35,380 nucleotides of DNA from an uncultured Gammaproteobacteria bacterium (GCA_964591885.1 CAZQCJ010000053.1:1-35380), one strand, 5' to 3'; positions 10,021 through 18,314 are shown, counted from the stretch's first letter. Numbers and translations: made by a program. Notes: generated by a model from the sequence alone, not told the origin.

Positions 10021-10539
10021 GTGGCTGGTTTACTTGCCTCTAGAGACTGGTTGTCAGGTCGAGATGCTTTAACTAACCTACCGAACCGGGCGTTTTATGA
10101 AGAAACGATTATTAGAGAGGTGGCTAGCGCTGAACGTAATAAACAACCTCTTAGTCTTTTAGTAATTGACGTGGATGGTCTCAAGCAATGGAATGATGAA
10201 GATAAAAGCCATCACCTTGGTGATCTAGCGATTATCTTAACAGCCCAAAATATAAAAAAGGGGGTTAGAACTAGCGATTTGGTGGCAAGATGGGGAGGAG
10301 ATGAATTCACGGTAATTTTACCCAAAGCTGGTTCATCTATTGCTGAGGAAATTTCACAGCGAATTTTAGAAAATATTAATAGATTAAAACCATTAAGTCC
10401 ATCGGGGAGAAAATTATCAGTAAGTATTGGCGTTAGGCAATATCACGGAGAGGGTCCGACTAAATTTTTCGAAAAAGCAGATAACGCTGCTTTCCAAGCA
10501 AAAAAGTCTGACAACAAAGTAGTTGTTGCCGAACAATAA
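10021..10539 (+). CDS. GGDEF-domain diguanylate cyclase (no sensor domain in the annotated ORF)
   Basis: DALTNLPNRAFYEE stalk, IDVDGLKQWND metal site, an intact RWGGDEF active site and an RTSD (RxxD) motif five residues upstream of GGDEF. The only in-frame start is GTG 10021. Confidence 0.85.
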   Translation: MAGLLASRDWLSGRDALTNLPNRAFYEETIIREVASAERNKQPLSLLVIDVDGLKQWNDEDKSHHLGDLAIILTAQNIKKGVRTSDLVARWGGDEFTVILPKAGSSIAEEISQRILENINRLKPLSPSGRKLSVSIGVRQYHGEGPTKFFEKADNAAFQAKKSDNKVVVAEQ

Positions 10540-10561
10540 AGACTCTCAAGCTTTTTAAATT

Positions 10562-13500
10562 ATGGCTAAATTTACCCATCTTCATGTTCATTCCGAATAT
10601 TCTTTGCTAGATGGTTTAGCGAAAATAGAATCTCTTTTTGCTAAAGGGCTGGAATTAGGTATGGATTCTCTGGCTTTAACTGACCACGGAGTTATGTATG
10701 GGGCAATTAAATTCTTTTTAACTGCTAAAGAATTTGGGATGAAGCCAATTATTGGTTTGGAAGCTTACATGGCAGCTCGCTCACGCTTTGATAAACAAGC
10801 CAATATTGATTCTGATCGTTATCATCTTCTTCTTCTGGCTAAAAACGAAATTGGCTATAACAATTTAATGAAATTAACTACTTTGGCTAATCTCGAGGGT
10901 TTTTATTATAAACCTCGTATTGATATGGAGCTTTTAAAAGAGTATCGCCAGGGGTTGATTGTTACTTCAGCTTGTTTAGAAGGAGAAATTCCTCAGTTGT
11001 TTACTCAGAGGAGAGATAAGGAGGCTGAACAGAAGGCTAAAGAATTTTTAGAAATTTTTGGCAAAGATTTTTATTTAGAAATCCAGCATCATCCTAAAAT
11101 CCCTGAGCAAAAAGAAGTTAATCAAAAAATAATTAAGCTTTCTCGTAAATTAGGCATCCCTTTAGTTGCGACTAACGATGTTCATTATGTTGAAGCTGAT
11201 GATGCTGAGGCTCAAGATGCACTTCTGGCTGTACAAACACAAAAAATGATTAAGGATAAAAATCGTTTGACAATGTTAAATTCACCTGATTTCTATTTGC
11301 GTTCGCAGGAGGAAATGATTAAAGCCTTTAAGGACTATCCAGAAGCAATTAAAAATACTCGTAAAATTGTCCAGGCTTGTAATTTGGAAATCCCTATTGG
11401 CCATTGGATTTTACCTAATTACCCACTTTTAGAAGGAGAAACAGCCGAAGAACAACTAAAAAAACTTACTGACGAAAGGTTAAAGGATCGTTTTGGCGAA
11501 AAAATACCCAAGGAAGTTTTGGAAAGAATCGAATATGAATTAAAAATAATCTGCCAAAAAGGATTTGCCACCTATTTTTTAATTGTTCAAGACTTTGTTA
11601 ATTGGGCTAAACAACAAAAGATAAGAGTTGGACCAGGCAGAGGTTCGGCCGCTGGTTCTTTAATCTCTTATATTTTAAGAATAACTTCTGTTGATCCTTT
11701 AAGACATAATTTACCTTTTGAGAGATTTATGAATCCTCAAAGACCAACTCCTCCGGATATTGATTTAGATTTTGCCGACGACCGACGGGATGAAGTAATT
11801 GAATATATTACTCAAAAATACGGCAAGGATAAAGTTGCGCAAATTATTACTTTTAATGTGATGAAAGCTAAAGAGTCGGTTCGTGATATTGGTCGGGTTT
11901 TAGGCATGCCTTATTCTGAGCCGGATAAAATTGCCAAAATGATTCCTGTGGGAATGACGATTACTCAAGCTTTAAAAGCTGTTCCCGAATTAGCCAACTA
12001 TTACCGTCAACCAGAATATAAAAAACTCTTGGACTTAGCTCAAAAAGTCGAAGGTGTTTCTCGTCATGCTTCAACTCATGCAGCTGGTATTGTCATCGCC
12101 GATAAAGAATTAACAGAATATACCCCGCTTCAAAAGGAAACCAAGGGTGAAAGGATTATGACTCAATACGATATGTATTCATTGGATTTAAATGTTTCTG
12201 AAAAAGCAATCGGACTTCTTAAAATGGATCTTTTGGGTTTACGTAATCTGACTATTTTAGAAAAAGCCTTAGATTATATTCGTCATACTCAAGGAAAAGA
12301 GATTGACCTTTCAGAAATTCCTCTTGAGGATAAAAAAGCTTTAGAAATTATTGCTTCGGGTAGAACTGTCGGTATTTTTCAACTGGAAAGCAGCGGAATG
12401 AAAAGGCTAGCTGGGAAATTAAAACCCAATAAATTTTCTGATATTTCCGCTATGGTTGCTCTTTATCGGCCAGGGCCAATGCAACTGATTGATGATTTTC
12501 TTGCCGGGAAAGCTAATCCGAAAAAAATTCGTTATCCCCATCCAGACCTAAAGCCGATTTTGGAAGAAACTTACGGAATAGCTGTTTACCAGGAGCAATG
12601 TTTACAAATTGCCAATGTTATGGGTGGCTACAGCCTGGGGGAAGCTGATATTTTACGAAAAGCTATTGGTAAAAAGAAAAAGTCAATTATGACCCGTGAG
12701 AGGAATAAATTTATCAAAAGAGCTGAAGATTTAGGTTACAAGGAACAAGTTGCCGAAAAGGTTTTTGATTTTATTGACCGTTTTGCCGGTTATGGTTTTA
12801 ACAAAGCCCATTCAACTTCTTACGCGATGATTGCTTATCAAACTGCCTATTTAAAGGCTTACTGGCCAGTAGAATTTATGGCGGCTTTGTTAACAGCAGA
12901 AGCCTTAGGTACTTCAGGCCCTATCCGTGACGAGAAGGTTTCTCAAGCTATAGAAGAGTGCTCTAAAATGAAAATTAAAGTTTTACCGCCGGATATCAAT
13001 CGATCAAAAATAGGTTTTACTATTGAGGAGGATAAAAATTCTTTAGAAGGAAAGGCGATTCTTTTTGGGCTTTCAGCTATTAAAAACGTTGGCGAAGTAG
13101 CTATTAAATCTATTTTAGCAGCCAGGGAAATTGGTGGCGACTTCAAGTCAATTTATGATTTTTGCCAACGGGTTGACCAACAAAAAGTGAATAAAAAAGT
13201 TCTAGAAAGCCTTATCCGTGTTGGAGCCATGGAGATGTTTGGTAAAAGAGCAGCCCTACTTTCTTCTTTAGAAAAAGTAAGGAGTAAAGGCAACCAAATC
13301 CAAAAGCAAAAAGCCAATGGTCAAGCTAGCTTTTTTGACAATGATCCTCCAGCTGAATTTCTTCTTGAAGAGGCAATTCCGGATATGGAAGAATTTTCTC
13401 GTCAAGAATTACTTTCTCTGGAAAAAGAGCTTTTAGGTTTTTATTTAACCGATCATCCCTTAAATCAATTTTTACCGCTTCTGTCAGTTAAACGCTCTGA

Positions 13501-14038
13501 TCGAATTGACGATCTATTTCAAGACAGTCAAAAGAAAAAAGGCAAGTTGGTTAAACTTGGCGGAATGATTACCAGTATAAGATTAGTTTTAACTAAAGCT
13601 AATGCCCAGGAAATGGCTTTTGTTAGGATTGAGGACGAAAGTGGCGGCATTGAAGCGGTTGTTTTCCCTAAAATCTATTCAAGAACAAAAGAATACTGGA
13701 TTAAAAATCAGATTGTTTTAGTCAGAGGGAGACTTCAAAATAGAGAAGGAACGCTTAATTTAGTTATTGACGAAGTTCATCTTTTAGAAAAAGAGGAAGG
13801 TAAAGAAAGTCAAAAAGAGGAAGTTAAAGATTGGGATTTTGAAGTCACTCTTCCTTCCCAGCTGTCGCCGCGGAAACTGGTTGAATTAAACAAACTTTTA
13901 AAGCAAAAACAAGGTAAAAATAAACTCGCCTTGGGTTTTGTTAATAGTATGGGTCAGATTAAAAGACTGATTTTGCCTTTTGGCGTTGATTATTCTGAAA
14001 GCTTGAAAAAAGAGATTAAAAAGATTATTGAGGAATAG
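10562..14038 (+). CDS. dnaE: DNA polymerase III alpha subunit
   Basis: 1158 aa. N-terminal PHP domain (FTHLHVHSEYSLLDG), palm/fingers motifs (GPGRGSAAGSL, PDIDLDF) and a C-terminal OB fold. Confidence 0.97.
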   Translation: MAKFTHLHVHSEYSLLDGLAKIESLFAKGLELGMDSLALTDHGVMYGAIKFFLTAKEFGMKPIIGLEAYMAARSRFDKQANIDSDRYHLLLLAKNEIGYNNLMKLTTLANLEGFYYKPRIDMELLKEYRQGLIVTSACLEGEIPQLFTQRRDKEAEQKAKEFLEIFGKDFYLEIQHHPKIPEQKEVNQKIIKLSRKLGIPLVATNDVHYVEADDAEAQDALLAVQTQKMIKDKNRLTMLNSPDFYLRSQEEMIKAFKDYPEAIKNTRKIVQACNLEIPIGHWILPNYPLLEGETAEEQLKKLTDERLKDRFGEKIPKEVLERIEYELKIICQKGFATYFLIVQDFVNWAKQQKIRVGPGRGSAAGSLISYILRITSVDPLRHNLPFERFMNPQRPTPPDIDLDFADDRRDEVIEYITQKYGKDKVAQIITFNVMKAKESVRDIGRVLGMPYSEPDKIAKMIPVGMTITQALKAVPELANYYRQPEYKKLLDLAQKVEGVSRHASTHAAGIVIADKELTEYTPLQKETKGERIMTQYDMYSLDLNVSEKAIGLLKMDLLGLRNLTILEKALDYIRHTQGKEIDLSEIPLEDKKALEIIASGRTVGIFQLESSGMKRLAGKLKPNKFSDISAMVALYRPGPMQLIDDFLAGKANPKKIRYPHPDLKPILEETYGIAVYQEQCLQIANVMGGYSLGEADILRKAIGKKKKSIMTRERNKFIKRAEDLGYKEQVAEKVFDFIDRFAGYGFNKAHSTSYAMIAYQTAYLKAYWPVEFMAALLTAEALGTSGPIRDEKVSQAIEECSKMKIKVLPPDINRSKIGFTIEEDKNSLEGKAILFGLSAIKNVGEVAIKSILAAREIGGDFKSIYDFCQRVDQQKVNKKVLESLIRVGAMEMFGKRAALLSSLEKVRSKGNQIQKQKANGQASFFDNDPPAEFLLEEAIPDMEEFSRQELLSLEKELLGFYLTDHPLNQFLPLLSVKRSDRIDDLFQDSQKKKGKLVKLGGMITSIRLVLTKANAQEMAFVRIEDESGGIEAVVFPKIYSRTKEYWIKNQIVLVRGRLQNREGTLNLVIDEVHLLEKEEGKESQKEEVKDWDFEVTLPSQLSPRKLVELNKLLKQKQGKNKLALGFVNSMGQIKRLILPFGVDYSESLKKEIKKIIEE

Positions 14039-14063
14039 CTTTCTTTCTGGTAAAATTATTTCC

Positions 14064-14435
14064 ATGGCTAACCAAACAAAAATTAAAGAGACTTCTTTTG
14101 CTGTTGGCGACAGAGTCAAAGTCCTTCAGAAAATTCAAGAAGGAGAAAAAGTTCGCATGCAACCTTTTGAGGGAATTGTTTTGTCAATTAAAGGAGAAGG
14201 GGAGAATAAAATGTTTACAGTGCGAAAAATCGCTGCTGGAGGTATTGGCGTAGAAAGGATTTGGCCTTTAAATTCTCCTTGGATTGAAGCGGTTAAAGTT
14301 ATTAGAAAGGGGAAAGTTAGAAGGGCAAAGCTTTATTACTTAAGAGAAAAACAGTCTAAACTTAAGTTTGTTAAGGAAACAGGAAAATCTGGAAAACTTC
14401 AAAAAAAATCCCGTCCTAAAGAATCTAAAAAGTAG
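14064..14435 (+). CDS. rplS: 50S ribosomal protein L19
   Basis: FAVGDRVKV...QPFEGIVLSIKG...FTVRKIAAGGIGVERIWPLNSP is an L19 signature. ATG 14064 (MANQ...) is preferred over the track start at 14028, which overlaps dnaE. Confidence 0.93.
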   Translation: MANQTKIKETSFAVGDRVKVLQKIQEGEKVRMQPFEGIVLSIKGEGENKMFTVRKIAAGGIGVERIWPLNSPWIEAVKVIRKGKVRRAKLYYLREKQSKLKFVKETGKSGKLQKKSRPKESKK

Positions 14436-14456
14436 AGTACTTACTTCATTATATCT

Positions 14457-15089
14457 ATGAAAGTTGAAAAACTGATTGTTGGTCAACTGCAAACGAATTG
14501 TTATCTAGTCTGGGAAAAGAAAACGAAGAAAGGGTTAATTATTGACCCCGGAGATGATGCGGAATACATTATCAGTCGAATAAAAGATTTAGGGATAAAA
14601 CCTCAGATGATTTTAGCTACTCATGGCCATTTTGATCACGTTTTGGCTGCTTTTGAGCTTAAATTAGCTTTTAAAATCCCCTTTTTAATTAATCGTCATG
14701 ATTTTTTTCTTTTAAAAAGGACCAATAAAACAGCTGGCTGGTTTACGGGAATAAAAGACGGTTTTACTCCATTACCTGATGCTTTTCTTAAAGAAAATAA
14801 AAGGATTTCTTTTGGCCAAAATTCTCAGTTAAGGGTGATTGAAACTCCAGGCCACTCCCCTGGCGGAGTAGCTTTTTTTAGCAGGGGAGCTCTTTTTAGC
14901 GGCGATACCTTATTCAAGCAAGGTGTTGGTCGCAGTGACTTTTCATATTGTTCCAAAACAGATTTGATGAATTCCATTAAAAATAAATTATTTAAATTAC
15001 CAAATAAAACGGTTGTTTACCCAGGGCACGGAGAAAAGACAACAATTGTTGAAGAGAAAAGAAACTTCAGTTTAGCCACCAAAGCCTAA
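14457..15089 (+). CDS. MBL-fold metallo-hydrolase (glyoxalase II-like)
   Basis: HxHxDH motif (ATHGHFDHV), a later TPGHSPG motif and a terminal PGHG motif. Confidence 0.85.
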   Translation: MKVEKLIVGQLQTNCYLVWEKKTKKGLIIDPGDDAEYIISRIKDLGIKPQMILATHGHFDHVLAAFELKLAFKIPFLINRHDFFLLKRTNKTAGWFTGIKDGFTPLPDAFLKENKRISFGQNSQLRVIETPGHSPGGVAFFSRGALFSGDTLFKQGVGRSDFSYCSKTDLMNSIKNKLFKLPNKTVVYPGHGEKTTIVEEKRNFSLATKA

Positions 15090-16788
15090 GTAGTTTAGGT
15101 TTTTTAAAAAGAGCCGTTAAATCACTAAAAGATAATTTACCATCATTGTTAAAATCAAGAGGGAGTAGAATCTTAAAGACAGCCTGATTGTCATTTTCAT
15201 TAATCTTTAAGAATGTTTGTTGTGGGAGATAAAAAGATTTGATTAAAACTAGCCGATATTCATCGCCGATAATTAAATTCTTAACGTCTTTTATTTCCGC
15301 TTCTCCATTTTTCAGGCTAAATCGAGGGACACTGTAAACAATCTCTTCATTTTTATTGTAGATAAGAAATTTAAAATCATCACCTTTATTGTTTTTCTTA
15401 AAAAGAAGTTTCGCCTTAAGGTTAATATTGATTTCCGGAACAATTTCTAAATCCCATTTAATCTGGTTGCCAATAATTTTATTTCCTTTGGTTAAAACCA
15501 ACTCAAGAGGTTTTTCCCCTAATCCTTCTCCGGTTTTTAAATAAAGCCAGATGGGCTTTTCTTCCAAAGGCATTAAGGTTGAAAGATTAGAGAAAAAATA
15601 ACTTGCCTCTTCTGGTAAGCCTTTTAGTTTTAAACTATAGCCGTCTTGTTCATCCCAAAAACCCTGCCCTTCGTTTCTGATGATTAATCCTATTTGATAG
15701 GTTGAATTTTTAATTAACTTCATTGGTAAAGGGGTTAATAAGGTTAATTTTTCTTCCTGAGACGGTTGACCTTTAACTTTATTTATTTCTTGAACCATTT
15801 CATACTGTGGGTAAAATTCATTATTATTCTTTTGCCAGGAAAAATGATCAAAGGGTTCTTCCTGATAATTAAGGATAAAAGGAGTAACAGCTATTACTTG
15901 TGGATCTTTCAATAATTCAATCAAATAATTATTGGTTAGTTGGGCTACTTCCTCAGCCGGAAGAAAGCTAAAGTTAGTTATTTTTCCTTCTTGATGGCAC
16001 CATCCGGCTTCGGTAACAAAGACTGGCAAATTCTTGTTTATTCCTAGGCTTTTAAGAAGAGATAGTTCCCACTGATAATTAAAAATAGAGTTTCGGCCAT
16101 AAGGAAGAAAACTGTTTGGATAAGAATGTGAAGCCCAACCGTCAAGATAATCAAAAAGATTCTTTTGAGAAGATAATGCTTTTCTTAAAAAAATCACTTC
16201 ATCTTCATATTGGGGCGGGGAAGAAGGAGCGGCACTATCAAAACCAGCCATCATCACAAAAAAGTCAGGGTTAACTGATTTTAAAGTTTTACTAAAGGAA
16301 AAAACAACTTCAGCAAATTCTTGCGGATTAACTTTTCCTCCCCATTCATCAGAGCGATTGGCTTCATTAAAAAGAACAACAAAACGATTTTGAACTACCC
16401 AATTTAAGGAATCTAGAAAATCAGCCCACTTTTGCGCTTCATCTGCTTTTGGTGCTCGCCAATAGCTATTCTCAAAAGAAGTGGCCAAGCGAACAATAGG
16501 GATTAAATGTAGCTTTCTGGCTTGATCGAAAACACCCTGCCATTTTTCTTTGTTTAAATCATCTTCCTGCATTACTAAAGTAACGTAACCCCAGTCCCCT
16601 CCATTAGTATTAATCAGCTTAGCTGCTTTTTCTAAATCTTCATAGGCAGGGGTGGCTAGATGAATTCCTATTTTGTTATTAAGGTAATTTAAATCAGCGG
16701 CTACAACCGAAGATAAAGTAGGTTTTAAAAAAAGGAAGGAAAGGAGGGAAATTAGAAAAAAGAAGAGAAAAAAGATTCTGAATCTCAT
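15067..16788 (-). CDS. Secreted clan GH-A-like glycoside hydrolase with beta-sandwich modules and a dockerin/EF-hand-like tail
   Basis: Signal peptide (MRFRIFFLFFFLISLLSFLF...VVAA). Candidate acid/base motif 'LFNEANR' and candidate nucleophile motif 'FVTEAGW', spaced as in a TIM barrel. C-terminal 'DFNNDGKLSFSDL' Ca-binding-type loop. Confidence 0.55.
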   Translation of the reverse strand: MRFRIFFLFFFLISLLSFLFLKPTLSSVVAADLNYLNNKIGIHLATPAYEDLEKAAKLINTNGGDWGYVTLVMQEDDLNKEKWQGVFDQARKLHLIPIVRLATSFENSYWRAPKADEAQKWADFLDSLNWVVQNRFVVLFNEANRSDEWGGKVNPQEFAEVVFSFSKTLKSVNPDFFVMMAGFDSAAPSSPPQYEDEVIFLRKALSSQKNLFDYLDGWASHSYPNSFLPYGRNSIFNYQWELSLLKSLGINKNLPVFVTEAGWCHQEGKITNFSFLPAEEVAQLTNNYLIELLKDPQVIAVTPFILNYQEEPFDHFSWQKNNNEFYPQYEMVQEINKVKGQPSQEEKLTLLTPLPMKLIKNSTYQIGLIIRNEGQGFWDEQDGYSLKLKGLPEEASYFFSNLSTLMPLEEKPIWLYLKTGEGLGEKPLELVLTKGNKIIGNQIKWDLEIVPEININLKAKLLFKKNNKGDDFKFLIYNKNEEIVYSVPRFSLKNGEAEIKDVKNLIIGDEYRLVLIKSFYLPQQTFLKINENDNQAVFKILLPLDFNNDGKLSFSDLTALFKKPKLLRLWWLN

Positions 16789-16812
16789 TCTCTCATTATT
16801 TTATCATATTTG

Positions 16813-16886
16813 TGACCCCGGCGGGATTTGAACCCGCGATTTTCGGGATGAAAACCCGATGTCCTAGGCCGCTAGACGACGGGGCC
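16813..16886 (-). tRNA. tRNA-Glu (anticodon UUC)
   Basis: Reverse complement: acceptor GGCCCCG/CGGGGTC, anticodon stem TCGGG/CCCGA, loop TTTTCAT, T-arm GCGGG-TTCAAAT-CCCGC. Confidence 0.9.
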
Positions 16887-16901
16887 AAAAATAGGAAAAT
16901 G

Positions 16902-16973
16902 TGAGCCCGGAGCGGATCGAACGCTCGACACCCTGCTTAAAAGGCAGGTGCTCTACCACTGAGCTACGGGCCC
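16902..16973 (-). tRNA. tRNA-Lys (anticodon UUU)
   Basis: Reverse complement: acceptor GGGCCCG/CGGGCTC, anticodon stem CCTGC/GCAGG, loop CTTTTAA, T-arm GAGCG-TTCGATC-CGCTC. Confidence 0.9.
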
Positions 16974-17011
16974 AATCGTTAAAATTTTAACATAATTTTA
17001 TGTATTTTGCT

Positions 17012-17052
17012 ATAAAAAACCGACAGGTTTCTTGGCAATAGCCTGTCGGTTT
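17012..17052 (-). terminator. Rho-independent terminator of the two-small-ORF operon
   Basis: The minus strand reads AAACCGACAGG-14 nt-CCTGTCGGTTT followed by TTTTTAT, and lies 14 nt downstream of the 17066 stop. Confidence 0.7.
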
Positions 17053-17065
17053 CCAACTTTAAAGA

Positions 17066-17350
17066 TCATTTTTCAACTCTTTGGATTAAATCTTCAAGAG
17101 CAAGATAAGCATTATTGCTGATTTTTTCAATAGAATCAAAATGATCAGGAGGAGAGAAAAATGCTTTTAAATTATTAGCTAGACTGATAATTTGAGCTTT
17201 TTTCAAACTAGAGTCTTTTTCCTCAATAAGGTAATTTAAATTTTTTATGAGACTGATTGCCAATCTTCTTTTTCCCTTGCCAAGTTTTTTTAAGGATTTA
17301 GTGGTTAACCTTAATCTTTTTTTAATTACCATTTTATCTGTAGCCAACAT
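17066..17350 (-). CDS. Hypothetical 94-aa helical protein with a strongly basic N-terminus
   Basis: AGAGGT SD sequence 5 nt upstream of the ATG, and a terminator directly downstream. The N-terminal KKRLRLTTKSLKKLGKGKRR tract stands out. No recognisable family. Confidence 0.6.
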   Translation of the reverse strand: MLATDKMVIKKRLRLTTKSLKKLGKGKRRLAISLIKNLNYLIEEKDSSLKKAQIISLANNLKAFFSPPDHFDSIEKISNNAYLALEDLIQRVEK

Positions 17351-17373
17351 AATTTACCTCTTTCTCTTGTGGT

Positions 17374-17646
17374 TTAATCAAAATATATAGATTCTTTACC
17401 GTCAAGATCATTGAGAAATCTTTCGATTGATTGCCTGGCTTTTACAAGAGTATCTTGCTTAAGAAAATTCAAGTTCCTAACCAGTTGTTCGACATCATCA
17501 ATTGATAATTTTTCCCTTACCTTTTGAGTGAGAAGGGACTTGCTTGTTCTTAGAGCAATTTGTTCATTCGGTGTTAATTTGTTCTTCCTAGCCTTTTTGA
17601 TTTCACTCAGTATTTTCTCAACATCTTTAGAAATTTCCAGTAGCAT
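17374..17646 (-). CDS. Hypothetical 90-aa helical, K/E-rich protein
   Basis: GGGGAGG SD sequence 6 nt upstream of the ATG. First gene of a two-gene operon. No recognisable family. Confidence 0.62.
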   Translation of the reverse strand: MLLEISKDVEKILSEIKKARKNKLTPNEQIALRTSKSLLTQKVREKLSIDDVEQLVRNLNFLKQDTLVKARQSIERFLNDLDGKESIYFD

Positions 17647-17662
17647 TTTTTTGCCTCCCCTT

Positions 17663-17773
17663 ATTAGATTATTAATTTTTTTAATAAATTAGATTTTAAA
17701 GAGCCTGATTGCTGTTCGGCAAAACATTTTATAACATAAAATTTAATCTAATTCAAACCAAGTAAATTAGATT
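17663..17773. promoter_or_regulatory. Array of four ATTAGATT motifs (three direct, one inverted) in the divergent control region
   Basis: Direct copies of the ATTAGATT core lie within 17663-17670, 17687-17695 and 17765-17773. The inverted copy AATCTAATT is at 17745-17753. The last two form a perfect 9-bp inverted repeat with an 11-bp spacer. Confidence 0.5.
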
Positions 17774-17774
17774 G

Positions 17775-17783
17775 TGCTATACT
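17775..17783 (+). promoter_or_regulatory. Extended -10 box (TGcTATACT) for ruvC
   Basis: TGCTATACT ends 6 nt before ATG 17790, with no SD sequence in between. Confidence 0.4.
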
Positions 17784-17789
17784 ATTTCT

Positions 17790-18266
17790 ATGATTATTTT
17801 GGGAATTGATCCAGGGACAGCCATGACTGGTTTTGGCTTGATTCAATGTTTAAAAGGGGAATTTAAGCTTTTAGAAAAGGGGAGTATTAAAACTTCAAAT
17901 CATAATGATTCTTCCTACCGCTTAAATTTAATTTACGAAGAAGTTGTCGGTTTAATGAAAAAACACAAACCAACAGTTTTGGCGATTGAAAGTCTTTTTT
18001 TTAACAATAACGCTAAATCCGCTTCAGCTGTTGGCCAAGCTATTGGAGTAGTCAAATTAGCAGCCGCTAAAGAAAAACTTAAAGTTTTTGAGTACCCTCC
18101 TTTAAAAATTAAGATGAAAATAGTTGGGAACGGACGGGCGGAGAAAAAACAAGTTCAATCTAAAGTCAGAAAGGCTTTGCATCTCCGAAAGATTCCTCGT
18201 CCAACCCATGCTGCTGATGCTTTAGCCGTGGCTATTTGTCACTGGCTTGAAATCAATGACAAGTAG
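17790..18266 (+). CDS. ruvC: Holliday junction resolvase RuvC
   Basis: MIILGIDPGTAMTGFGLI (catalytic Asp), ...LAIESLFF (Glu) and a C-terminal HAADALAVAICH motif. ATG 17790 matches the family N-terminus; the track start is TTG 17772. Confidence 0.92.
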   Translation: MIILGIDPGTAMTGFGLIQCLKGEFKLLEKGSIKTSNHNDSSYRLNLIYEEVVGLMKKHKPTVLAIESLFFNNNAKSASAVGQAIGVVKLAAAKEKLKVFEYPPLKIKMKIVGNGRAEKKQVQSKVRKALHLRKIPRPTHAADALAVAICHWLEINDK

Positions 18267-18314
18267 GTTTTATAATAGGTTTTAATTGAGAAGGGAGGTG
18301 AGGAGTAAAAGTTT

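Noticed and set aside
10562-14038. Intein or split architecture in dnaE
   Set aside because: The length is 1158 aa, the PHP, palm, fingers and OB motifs are contiguous, and there is no insertion or intein block motif.
12943-14119. Track ORFs 12943-13146(-) and 13898-14119(-)
   Set aside because: They are antisense to dnaE and to the rplS start, with no expression signals.
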